Made by a program: the position numbers and the translations under genes. From Perkinsus chesapeaki ATCC PRA-425 (taxonomy: Eukaryota > Protista > Perkinsozoa): DNA of 64,000 nucleotides. Below, piece after piece: positions 21,401 to 33,582 of this stretch (its first letter is position 1; the number at the start of each line of letters is the position of its first letter). The DNA lies in contig JAAPAO010000022.1 in NCBI GenBank assembly GCA_013115145.1, positions 62,001-126,000 on the forward strand, written 5' to 3'. The notes under the pieces are model-generated. The model was not told the origin of the DNA. It worked only from the letters and a program-made list of their open reading frames with translations, and made no database searches.

Positions 21401-24400
21401 AATAAAAAGCAACCTACCGTCACCATTGATATCGAAGAACTCGAACCCTTCAGCTTGGCGGTGTTTATGTCCCTTTCCCTTGTTATGCTCCTTTTTATCT
21501 CCTTCGCCTCCTTCATTCTTCAATAGAGAGCTCAGCCTGAGGGCCAGCTCGGGTAGGCTTGCTGTTTTCAGCCTATCGCGGTGCCTGAGCTTGTCAGTCC
21601 CGTCAAGGCCCGAAGCGGCTTCCCCTACTCGAACAACTGGAAACGAGTTTCGATAGGAATGCTCCTCACGTACGCCCATTTCTGTAAAGATCTCCGCGAG
21701 GCTCCGCTAAGACCACTGGTACCGTGCTCGAGGATCTCCATAAGCTGACAACGAGAATTTTACGCGCACACTTGACTGGTAAGAGTCACCTTCTCCGAGG
21801 GGCTGCCTTCCCAACCTAGTTCCTTTGGAGACAGGACGCCATTCTTATCAGCATCAAGACTATAGAACAATGGCCCCATAGAAGCAGCGCTGAATAGGGC
21901 TGCAGTCTCAGCGAGTATCCTGAGTACAGCGGGAGATGCGCTGTCGACAGCAAAGCAGGAAGGCTGACAGCTCACCGGGAGCTTCTGAGGTTCATCCACT
22001 CGGTGATCACTTCAAGGAGGATCGTGTCGTCTTCGGAAAGCTTGTCAAAGTTCTGATGAGCCCAGGTCCTTTGAAGCCTTTGAAACTGACGTACCGCGTC
22101 GGAGAAGATCCTACTGCCTGCCAAGATAGTCTGGTCAAGCTCCAAGAATGTGCCTCGGGCTAGATCAGTCGACACAGCACCGTGGCCTGACGGCTCATAG
22201 GGCATCAACTCCTCCATGATGAAGGAGAAGTCAGACGTGAGACGAACAAGTGCGTACTCGGCCGCGTCGAGTGCACCTACGAGGTTGGATAAAATAGGAC
22301 TTGATCCTGGTGTCCGTAGTATGTAGACATGCACGCCAGTTGTTCGAAAGGGGCAGAGTTACGGAAGTGCAACAATACAGAAACTGCTGTTCGGTAGGAT
22401 AGTTCCGAATCTTGAAACACTTGCAGCGTGTAGATTTTTAATCAGCATAAGAGCGCGAGGAATCATTCAGTACTGTGTAATTGGTAGGCCACCAATGACA
22501 GCTCTCACCATCATCATTCTCGTCAAGGAATGCCACCGTCTGATGTATATCCTGCTCAGCTAGCTTTGCCAGCTCCTCCATAATCTCGACAGTAATAAAT
22601 GCAGTATCCTTCTCAAAAGTCTCCTTTCGCTCATCCACCCTACACTTAGAGCCTCATCGACCACGAAAGCATGTACCGTACTTCCTAGCCAACCACCGGA
22701 CAACTGCCGGAGTTGCGTCCTCACTGCGACCAGCTAGTCTCTGCCACTCTGTACGAGACAGTTTGCCGGACCCGTCAGCATCCAGTATCGCCAGGAACTG
22801 CCATCCCATTTCTGTAATGCACATTCCAAGACCTTACCCATCTCTTATCATCCTCGGTAGCGTTGACATCCAGCTCCTCCAAAGTGAGCTCATTATCAGC
22901 ATCCTTATCAAACTGCATGAACCGATCATGCAAAACAAGCGCTTCCACGAATCGATATATCAGGGGCACATTTCTAAAGGAGTTCATCTTCGACCGGTGG
23001 AACGGGTAAAGCGGTTACGATGAGTCCTTTGTGGCCATATGAAGCATCTCGTACCGCTGCAGCTGGGCCCCTTCAGCCCTTTCGGCCGATAGATGCTTCA
23101 GTACCTGATCGTGAACTCGTCCACCACTTCGATAGGAATAATGGAGTATGAGTGGCGGCTGATAGAATAACACGTCATCCAAGCCTGATTAGTGCCGTGT
23201 AGCATTATCATAGCTTTCTTGCCGATCAAAAGCCTCACCCTTCTCGAGAATAGTCTTTGGTACGAGCCGCTGCTAGCTCGCATAGCCTGCAGCTCTGCGG
23301 TAGACAGACTGCCATCTCCATCCAGATCCGCAAGGTAGGCAGACACTGACATATAGGGCTAAAATAACACCACTAACAACTGGTCACGGCTGGTATCGGC
23401 TACCCCAGACGGTGTTGCAATTTCCAAAAGTGACGGCGAGGGTTCCTAAGGAATTACACGACTGCTGTGCTCCAGGCCGTCTCGGCTCCTACCGTCAATT
23501 GAAGCCAGGACATGTCGAATACCTTACGTTGGCTGACATCGATATTAGCATCAAAGCCTTTCTCTAATATCTCAGAGAACTTCTCCCTATACGAGGCACC
23601 ATCTGATTTGCCATGCATCAGCCGGCCAAGGCGGCCCTCTCGAAAGCTAACTCTTCCTGAGCAATACCCTCACTCCATAGCCGAGTGTCCCGCCTACCTT
23701 TCTTCTGGGAATCGGTGGCATTAGAGCTCTCTGGAGAGGGCTCGTTCTGATCCCCAGCTGCCTCAGCTGTGGAGTTGTTCCCCGCTGACTCGCCCTGGCT
23801 TCCATCTTCACTAAGACTGATAATGTCGGGCTGGCTGAGACAGGTTTCAATCTGAATTTCGTGGCGTGTGACTCTCACTCCATAACATCCATTCTTGTTT
23901 TGCGTGGTGCCGAATTAGCGTAGACCCAGTCCTGGAGATCCTTCCGAGATACTCCGACTGCTGCCTTCGGCGGCTCACTCCGAGTTAGCTCCTCGAATAG
24001 CTGACAAGCGCCAACAGCAACCGGAGCTCGACTGCACTTCCAGACTCACTTGCTTAGCGTCATCATCCCAACCAAGCTCGTCCATCGACAGCACACCATT
24101 CCTGTTGGTGTCTGCAGTATAAAAGAAGGTGTCCATATTGAGGGCCGAGAACACCGCTGCTGCTTGCCGCAGAGCCCTAGAGGTCATCTCATTGATAAGG
24201 TACAGGAAGATACTTTTTGTTCCGAAGCTCCATCCAGCGGCTTATAACATTTAAAGGTAGCAGCTGCCTCTCTGCGTCGGAGATGAGCTCGAATAACTGA
24301 AACTCAATGGCAGCAAAACCGCTGCAACCAGCGCCATGGTGCCCACCTTTGGCTTGAAGAATTTATCAGACGCTCCGATCCGTTTGCCGACCTTCTTGAA

Positions 24401-27400
24401 CTCAGCCTCGGTGAGATCTTCAGAGATTGCTGGGCTCACTGGTGCCCCTCTGTGAGGCAGCACAGCCTCCGACACGTGACGCATGTCACTAAGAAGCCGC
24501 AGACGGGGAAACTCTCGGAAGGATAGCTCCCCTGAAGAAGAGACAGCCATGCAATACGATAACTCGCGCTGAGAAGTTGAAAATGAAAAGATGCATGTAG
24601 AGACAAAGTGGGCTGGCAAGCGGAACTCATTCCAATGACTGCAAAACCTTAAGCTCCTGATATCTGATAACTATCCCACTCGGACTAGACAAGAGCACAT
24701 ATTTCGTAGAGCAGGTATGGTGAGCCCCGAGCATACCATCGCCATCGGTGTCGATGAAGGCTTTAACGGTCTTCACTTCATCTCCAGGAAGTCCATCCAA
24801 CTGCTTCAATACAGCGGATGAGACCTTTGCCGAGTCCAAGTCGAAATCGCCATCACGTTCTGGTAACCTGGTCAAGCCACTCCATGAAGTTGTTACGTCA
24901 GCCAAGCCCTTACTTGCCAGCAAGCCAGACAGCGGCATCGGGAGCCGCGTCGTAGGAGTAGCCGGCCAAGGACATCCACTCGGACGTAGAGATAGTCGTG
25001 CTGTTGTCAACATCGAGCAGTTCAATCACCTACGTGGCCTTGAACGGCCATTAGTGTTCGGAGGAGCTCACCCAGTCAACATCCTCGGAGGAGAGGTCCA
25101 GGCCATTAAGCTCCTCATGGCTGAGGTCTTCGCTCTCGTCGTGATCCAAGTCGACGAATTTGGCGTGCAGCTGCAGCGCTTCGATGACACCATGGATGGC
25201 TTCGACTGCCCTGACGAGCACCAGCGTTCAGAGATGCCCCGAGAGCTAAAGCCCACCGATGGTCTTTGGTACAGCGGTGAAGCTCCTCGAAGGCGTCCAA
25301 GTCAATCACGCCGCCTTTTCCAGCCCCAAGGTCCTTAAAGACCTGCGAGACGAGTCCGATGAAGGAGGGGCGTGGAAGGCACACTTCAGAGGAGAACACT
25401 CTAGGAGTCGCTCCCATGGCGTCCCTTAGGTCATCGAACTCTGGCGCTGACAGGCGGTGATCGCTATTATAGTCTGCTCGGTAGCCTGACAGTGTCCTAT
25501 AGACCTGATTCCCAAATAACCGGAGTCCCAAGGCTGCAAGCGGTGACCTTAGGCTGTTGGCACTCTTCTGAGCGCATTTGGAGCAGCGCCGATGGGCTTG
25601 AGAACTAACAAAGGAGATGGTACGCTTGGCGTGGCCCTGAGCAATAGACCTCCTGCTTGGTTTCCATCACCACTCGGAAGCCTTTATGCATCATAGCGTC
25701 CAAGACCTCCATGGATTCACTCTGGCCCAACAGACGCAACAGGCCCACTTCGTCCACATTCAGAGTCCCTACCAGGATGTGTCCGACGCCTCCCTTGCCA
25801 AGCTCACCATCATCATTGGTGTCGAAGACCTCTAGGATGGCATTGCGCTCCTCTAAAGATGCTTCTTCAATTGCCTTACTGGCCGCCAGACGGAGGTCCG
25901 ATGCGCCAGCTTCCTCAACGACGCTAAAAGCACACGGTGGGCCATCCGACGGTTCGAGGTAAGGCCTACTCAAGGGCAAAAATCTTAACGGTGCCCGGGG
26001 CAGAGAAGGCGAAAGTGAGCTGTTGGAGACTGAAGCGGTCGATGTAGCTGATGCCATCGGTACCATTGATACCAATGGCACTGAACACCTGAATGCTTAA
26101 TGGGACGGGGCAATCACGGCTTGTCCATCCGTGCTACGGCACTATAGGGAATCAAAAGTCAATTTGCAGTTGAGAGCATACGGGACTAGCTGACCTCGGT
26201 GGGGCGGAGCCGGGGGAAGTCCGTGTGGAAGTCGGCGAACTCGTCCATGGTTATCCTGCCCGTCAGGTCAAAGTCCTGACTTGAAAAGAATGCCTCGCAG
26301 TTAATAGCACTGAACACTCTCAACAGCTGATTCACGCGCCTGAAAATACCGTAATGCTCGTCATCTTCGAACACTCTACCTTTCGGCCACGGCCCTCAAC
26401 CACACTCTAATAATTTCGGGAGGTATAACAGTATCGATCGAGGCCTGGCCGATAGGAGCCAATGCCGTGAAGGACTGGTAGGGGGGCTAGTTCCTTAGAA
26501 ACAGCGGGGGAATGTACCTTCTCGGTGAACGCCGCGTGGTTCGCCCTCGTCTTCGAGGAGTAGGCCAGGAACCGTCGTCGGTCCCATGGTGTGCTGAGCG
26601 ACAACCCATCAGTGTTGTAAAGGGCGCGAGGCATAAATTCATAAACGATCTCCGGGGTGGCGAGGAACCGCAGCAGGATGAGCTCATGGTCGTCCAGGGA
26701 GCCTTAATGCAAAGCCATGTCCGGCAGGGCTGTAATTCAGATACTGACCATCTCCGTTGAAGTCTAAGAGCTGGGAGACCTCCGCTTGCTGGAAGGCAGT
26801 AAGGTCCTCCAGCTCCTTCAAGACAACACCTGCGCTCCATTCGAGAGTCTCCGCTATTCTGAGGAACATCTGGCACACTAGCGCGCCTCAAGCGGCCACC
26901 TTCTGGCGAGCAGCACTGCGCTTGGTGGGGCGGCCTCGGTGTGCAGACCTGCTAGGACTTGGACCTCCGACAGCTCTAGAGACTTCGAAGAGTCCCGATC
27001 CAATGTCTTGAACACCTACAAAGGCGTCGGAGTTTACAAACTCCGAGAGAGCCGCTCACCCAGACTCTGTCCGAGTCCAGACCGATCTCATCCCAGCTGA
27101 TCTTCCCATCGCCGTTCTTGTCCATGGCATGGAAGTTGGCCTCGAGAACAAAGCTGTCGAAGATGAGATAGATCCTCCGAAGGTTCCTAGATGACCATAC
27201 GGAGTAGTAGATGAGATCATGACTCCACCTCATGTCCTTGGATGCGTAGTGAAGTTGATCAGCTACAGAAACGTCCAGCATGCCGGAGTCGTCTTCGGCA
27301 GTGAAAAGATCGAAAACCTGCCCAGGCCGGCGAGCAACACGTGACCCTAGCGGCCTCTACTTCCTCCGAGAATGCTCTCTCTGGGGCCCTTAGAGTAGTG

Positions 27401-30400
27401 CCATAATCTCTAAAGGCATCGTAGGGAATCATCGTTCCCAGCGCCAAGCTACCAATGGAATAAGGGGATGGAATCCGGGCCTCCGGAACGACCTACGAAT
27501 CAAAGACAATTCTAGGTTTGTCCTTCGTCCCACCTCCTCTGAGCCGAGTTGGATGAAGGCCTCAGGCACGCCATCCTCGTCCTCGTGCTCCTCGATAACG
27601 CCTTCCGGCAACACTTGCTCATCATCGGCAGTATCTTCACGTTGACCGTGCTTCCCGTCGGCAGCATCCTCAGGTTGACCGTGCTCCTCGTGAGAAGCAT
27701 CCTCAGGTTGACCGTGCTTCCCGTCGGAAGCATCCTCAGGTTGACCGTGCTCCTCGTGAGAAGCATCCTCAGGATGACCGTGCTCCTCGTCCTCTATAAC
27801 ACCGTCAGCTTCGGGCTCTACGGTCTTTACTAAAGGCTCTTCCAACAGGCCCGTATCGTTGTCGAGAGACATCGGCCGCCAGCTAAGCCTGGGCCTTCGA
27901 CCGTATCCGAGGAGGACCTCAGTGGCGATGAGATCGGCCATTTCAGTGCCCCCTCCAATCGCCCGAAGGATGCTGTAGTCTGCATCTGTCGGCCGACCTG
28001 ATGCACACATCACGAACTTCCACACCGTGATCTTCAAACCATTCCCAAGAGTATCCAAGGCTCTGTCGATGACTCTCATGTAGGTGGGTGGCAACTCGGT
28101 AAGCCTCTTTTGCGCCGCGGCAATGAAGGGTCCTCCGGGTATTGGGAAAGGCCCATCTTCGAACGCTTCAGTAAGCCTGATCAGTACGGGGAATCCACTG
28201 CTCAGCTGGTACTATCCAGCCCACCACAGTGCAAAGCGCTTCACCACTATAGGCGCTCTGTTGATGATAACCATTCTCTGCCACTCGTACCGAGACAGAT
28301 AACCATCGCGGTTGGTGTCAAGGTAGTGGAAGAGCTGACCAGAGAAGGCTTCAAGTGGACGCCGGGAGGATTCGAGACCCACCGCGCGCCCGGACAAGGT
28401 GCTCCAACCAATCTCATCAATAGAGAGTTCGAAGCTTCTAAAGTTGTCCAGTTGCGAGAATCTGCTCTCGAGAGCGAGCGAGTCAGAAACGAGCCGAGGG
28501 AAGTCATCCCGCTCGTCCATGGAGTCGAGCAACCTGACGCAGCCGACGGTCGAAAGTGGCAGTAGCCGAAATGGCGCACTCCCCCTTGGCAACCGTTTGG
28601 AAAATGTCATCGATCTCGTGGACCTTTATGTGCTCTGGATCAGCCTCGGTGGCGAAGAAGGAAAACGACTGGGGCAAATAGTAACAGACGGGCCGCTGTG
28701 TGAGGTGGTGATACTTTGTCTGTGAAGACGAAGGCCGGGGCTCTGATGGTATTCCCAAACTTGGTCCATTCGGTGAGGTTGACAAGCCCATCGTTGTTCT
28801 CATCCATCAAAGTATATATATCCCCCGGAGCATCCCGGAACAACTGAATAATAACTTCGGCGTGTGTAGTGGACAAGATGGACACCTTGATCAGGGCCAG
28901 CTTGGCCGGTGCTCTCATTATCATCAACCAGGCATCTAGAGCCGAGCTCAAACCCTCACGGATGGGCTCGGAGGTGTCCAAAACTACATAAGATTATTGA
29001 TGAGAAATCGGAGACCTCTTACGGCCACGAAGATGCTCCACTCCATCCTGGAGACGATGAAAGGCAGTGAAGTCGATGTCATCACCGAGTAGACCCTCTC
29101 GTACAAAGGCGCCAAAAACCACCCTGTCGTGCATGGGTGCTTCAACCTCGTAAACCTGGAACGACGAAGGATTGAACTGGTCAACACTGAAGGGGAGGGA
29201 TACCTCCTCCATAAAAGAGCGTATCTCCTCTACTTTATGAATCGTTGAGTTATCAACCCACTGCATGAGCCCACCCAGGCACTCTCCAGGGGGTATCTGA
29301 CACCTCTAGCTGTACCACTGTGGCCTGTGCCTGCTTACGAAGCCTCTCATGCCTATAATGAACTCAGCATCTGAAGGCGTCGGCTCTCGCCCCTTGAATT
29401 CGTTTGCCTCGTAACTGTCCTCATCCCGGTGGCCGCCCCTCCCTCAACGGCTTACATCTCATGTAGCGTCTGTTGTCTTAAGGCATGCGAGTAGCTCCCC
29501 AGCGACAGTCCATCGCTGCCGCCGGCGTCAAGGGAAGTTTCGTGGCTGAACAACACCATGACCAACCTTCCGTACAGCGTCTTCTTGCCTGAGCCGGAAG
29601 GTAGCAGCAACCTTGAGAGATGCTGCCCCTCCACGCCGTGTATGCGACAGGGCCGGGGACATTGGTATGACAACTCTATCTGGTGGATGTGGCGCTGGTG
29701 GACTGTAGACCAGTCGTGGAGCGAAGGGGTGTATGTTGAACAATGGGTCATAGTACGGCCTGAGGTGCGGTATCTGTGAGATGGCACGATCGGCTCACCC
29801 TGTCGGAGCCGTAGTGTTGGTACAGTTCAAGCAGTTAGTTATAACATCACTGCCATCCCTCAGTCTGTAGATGTGTCTCCTCGATGGCAGCACCCTCGGC
29901 CCTGGTTCAGCCTGGGGTGCCCCATGTGGAGGATCAAGCCTGTCAGCCGCTGCGGCTTCACTTCCAAGAGTGTTGCCAAGTTTCTCAGGCGCCAGTGTCG
30001 TTGTTGTTGTTACTTCTTCCTCTATCTCAGCGTCTGGTAGATTGTCGTTGACCTCCTCCTCAGGCTCCCCCTCCGGCAGAGTTTCATTGACATCTTCCAC
30101 CACACCATCCTCCGCTTCTCCCTTGGGAACTCCGTCATCATCCTCGGCAACTCCGTCCTCACTCGCATCCTGGACCTCACCGGCCTCATTCTCAGCCTCG
30201 GCGGCCCCGTCCTCTTCCTCAGCCACACCATCCTCAAGACCAGGGCCAAAGTCCGGCTCAGGAGGCTCTACCTCGACGACTGGGTCAAACTCATCCTCAA
30301 CTGGGAACCCATCTGACTCTATCTCAGCATCAGTAATAGGATTGAGGTCCGGTCCGAATGGTCCGACTGGCCCCTGCGATGGTGGGACGGTTTTCCTCTC

Positions 30401-31340
30401 TGTAGATGTGGGTCTGGGGGTGGTAGGAGTGGCAGTAGTCATGGGAGTTGCGGTAGTCTTAGGCTTCGTCGTCTCCTCTACTATGGTCTCTTCGTAGTCA
30501 TCAATCTTTGGCGGCTTCGGAATCGGTTTGCTAATTCCCTTAGACGCCGCCCTCTTGGTCGGCTCAGGTGTGGTGGCCTGCGGAGTGACCATCGACGAGT
30601 CCGGTAGGATATCAGGAACTATGTCATCGCTGACCACAGGATTCAGATGAGATGGCAGCCGAGCCAGGTCGCCCAAGGTGTCATCATCATCATCAAAGTT
30701 GTAGGCCAGCTCATCGTCCTTGGCCGCCGCCGGTCCGAACATCTCGTCTGGCCCTTGTTCCTCGGGAGCTCCTTCGTCCGTCTGCCCGGCGTCAAGTCCG
30801 GGCCCAAAGTCCCCCGGAGGCCCTGGATCTTCTAGGACACCGTCCTCCATCTGATCATGGTAGTCTGCGGCATCTATTTCTTCATCTGTCGGTGACTCTG
30901 CGACGCCCTCCTCGGTTTGGCCAGGATCCAAGTGGTCACCCGAACTCGCTACATCCTCAGTAGGATCGAAGTCGTATGTTCGTGAAGGGCCAATAAGTCC
31001 TTTATTGATCTGCTCCAAATCCCCTTTGTGATCATCGATATCCTCTGGTCCTTCCTGTACACCATCCTCAGACTGGCCTGGGTCGTCGAAGGTCCCCTCT
31101 TCTGGCCCTTCCGCGGTATCATCCTCAGGCCCTTCTGGTACGCCCTCCTCAGACTGGCCAGGGTCATCAAAGTCCTTCTCCTCCGGTCCTTCGTCATCCT
31201 CAGGCCCTTCTGGTACGCCCTCCTCAGACTGGCCAGGGTCATCAACGTCTCCGTGCTGAGGCCCTATGTTACCACCCATCGCAGCAACTTGTTCATCGTA
31301 TGGTAGTTCCGCCTCACCAATATGGTTGACCTGCTCATGC

Positions 31341-31374
<34 letters not shown>

Positions 31375-33412
31375 CAATAACACCATCCCTGCTCCCGTCA
31401 TCGATATCATCCTCCACAGCCTCCTCAGGCACACCCTCTCGCCCCTCGATCTCATCCGTTATAGACTCCTCTGGTCTCTCCCCCTCCTCCTCTTCATCGA
31501 CCCTCTCGACCTTCTCGTCTTTGTACTCGCCAAACCTAGTCCTCGGAGGCCGCCGCCCTAGTAGCTTCTGTAGTGGATGAAGAAGCTGTGGTGAGGTGCC
31601 AGACTTCTTCCGCACCGTGGTGATCGCCGTAGTGGTCCCTCCCATGCCATCATAATAGGAGCTGATCATCCTTAACAACAACTCGCTCTGGGCCTCCTCC
31701 CTGCCCCACTCCTCCGCTATGGAGGCTGGTGCCATGAAAGGTAAGTTGCTATGGTCAAGGTGCGAACAGTAGGAGTACAGCGCCTAAGCCCAGACGCCCG
31801 TCTGACCACCGACGCCCGACGGTCTCTTACCCGCTTCGCTCTGTGGGCCAGGCCGCTCATTATCCTTATGTCGTGCACGCGTATCAAAGATTCTACCCCA
31901 GATTGCGACAGTCTCACCTGCAACCGCCGAAGATCGTCCAGAACATCCAGATGGGCCCTTGCCCCGCCCCAAGCCGCATCGGCGTAGGCCGTGAACCTGA
32001 TGCCTAGGTCACAATGTTACCCACGAGGAGGGGACAGCTTACCCTATATGGGGGCCAGGGACCTCATGAGCCAGAAGTATGCCTTCATTGTGGGAGCTTA
32101 CTAACACATCATCACCAGTGATGCCTGAGCTCGCCACAAATGGGGACAAGGCACATGAAAGCCAGCCTTTTACCGTGCTTGAGCACTCTGTTGGAGATGT
32201 CACTAACTGGTCCTTCGAGGATTTGAGTAACCTGATTGAACGGTAGCTCTGACATCTTCCTACATAAGGTCGTACCAAATCGCGAAACCCTGGGGCTTTG
32301 TCCCAGTTAGTAATCTCAATGTCACCCTCGACCTCCAGTGGCGACGAGTCCAACGACGACCCTCGGTACACCTCAACCTCGAAGGGATTCCCCACAAAGG
32401 CACCACCCATCAGTTTCGACAAAGCATTCTGGCAGCACCAGGTCCGATAGAGACAAGACATTGCAGAGGCCCACATGTATTGCCCAGCTGGCTGCATTAG
32501 CCGCTGCAGCATGGTCGATATTATTGGACTGCCCATGGCTCATCGAGTCTGCCTGAGACCATTACTCACCATGAGATGGCGCCGGTGGGACTTTACAGAA
32601 AAAACAAACTTATTATTGTCCTTCTCGGACTCGTAAACGACAGCATAATCCCTGTCGAAGCCAGCAGCGTCGACAAGAGCACGCAATCTGGATCAAAGGC
32701 ATGGTGGCGATAGGTCGATGCATGGCAGCTTCTACATGGTGGACTTAACTATCTTTGACGACGGCCAGCTGTATCCTGCGACTTCGTGGACCTTGACCTC
32801 ACCAATGATGGCGGCCTGTTGGGCGATATGATCTCAAAGGCTGTGATTTACCCACCGAGGATGTCCGCCGTTTAACTGGCATCGCTCTGAGGGCCGGATT
32901 AGGGGCCAGAGCAAAGGAGTTAACGAGCTGGATGAAGCTGGCTGGCTGCAGGTCCTCTAGAAGGACGTTGCACTATAAGATGGGGATAGGCCACAATACA
33001 GGCATTGACAGGACCCACCCCACACTGTGGATAGGCGGCCATATCGTAGCGGTAGTCACCACAGACACTCGAAGCTGCCTGGACTATCTGATGAAAGGAT
33101 GGGATTGGCTGGTAAGGCAGGTGCCCAGCTAACCTCAATGAGATGGGGAAGGTCAGTGCCACCAGCCTCGAAGTAACGGCTAAATGGTAGGCAGACAGAC
33201 TCCTCCATATCAGATATACATCGGCCATGGTCCCCCAAGGCCGCCACCGCCGGGACCATCCATGACAGCATGACCCTGGAGTGGAGGACCATGTCGAATA
33301 GGATGCTACGGAATAGGTCCGCCCACCGTGGCTGCAAAGTATTTCGCAGTGAGACCAAGTGCCTACCAACAGCATTCCGTGAGGAAATACGTAGAGTGGT
33401 GAAACACTTCAT
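18418..33412 (-). CDS. Giant multi-exon multi-EF-hand protein, copy A (about 20 EF-hand loops, acidic insert, unknown N-terminal domain)
   Basis: Consecutive minus-strand exons carry loops DENNDGLVNLTE, DTNRDGYLSRYE, DKNGDGKISWDE, DFNGDG|SLDDHE, DFDLTGRITMDE, DTNDDG|TLNVDE, DTNRNGVLSMDE, DLDGDGSLSTAE, DKDADNELTLEE, DENDDG|ALDAAE, DADKNGVLSPKE, DINGDG|DIEEEE, DNNKDGRIDRSD, DKNSDGVIDTVE, DTDNDGVLTPTE, DHDGDG|TVSANE, DTDANGIIDE and others. Ends EEIPWQLWRLAIWRHLT...ALDIH*. It is colinear with copy B. The start and the continuity as one transcript are inferred. Confidence 0.75.
27620..27795 (-). repeat. Coding 33-nt tandem repeat (HGQPEDASxxx, about 5 units)
   Basis: HGHPEDASHEE HGQPEDASDGK HGQPEDASHEE HGQPEDAADGK HGQREDTADDE in ORF 27429-28094. 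Confidence 0.9.
31030..31380 (-). repeat. Coding repeats: DDPGQSE(E/D)GV(P/Q)EGPED x3 and a (TCA)n poly-Asp microsatellite
   Basis: Near-identical blocks tacgccctcctcagactggccagggtcatcaa at about 31140 and 31212, plus a third variant at about 31060; (tca)n run at about 31337-31375. Confidence 0.9.
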
Positions 33413-33582
33413 TTGCTCGTCATTTCCCGAGATTGACTGTTAACTTGAACACTGGAAGTGAACCGTCTATTGTAGGTTAATAATCATACAACAGCAGCAG
33501 TAGCATTGGACAACATGCGCTGGCCCATTCGGGCAGCAACCCTCACATCGGTGATAGCTGGAAAGAAGCGGCATTGGTGATA

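Noticed and set aside
24600-24750. Tenth example of the conserved Gly6 intron (DTDGDG)
   Set aside because: The donor is present, but no acceptor restores a canonical 12-residue loop, so it was excluded from the count.
29871-30497. 208-aa Ser-rich plus-strand ORF
   Set aside because: Antisense shadow of the acidic insert of copy A.
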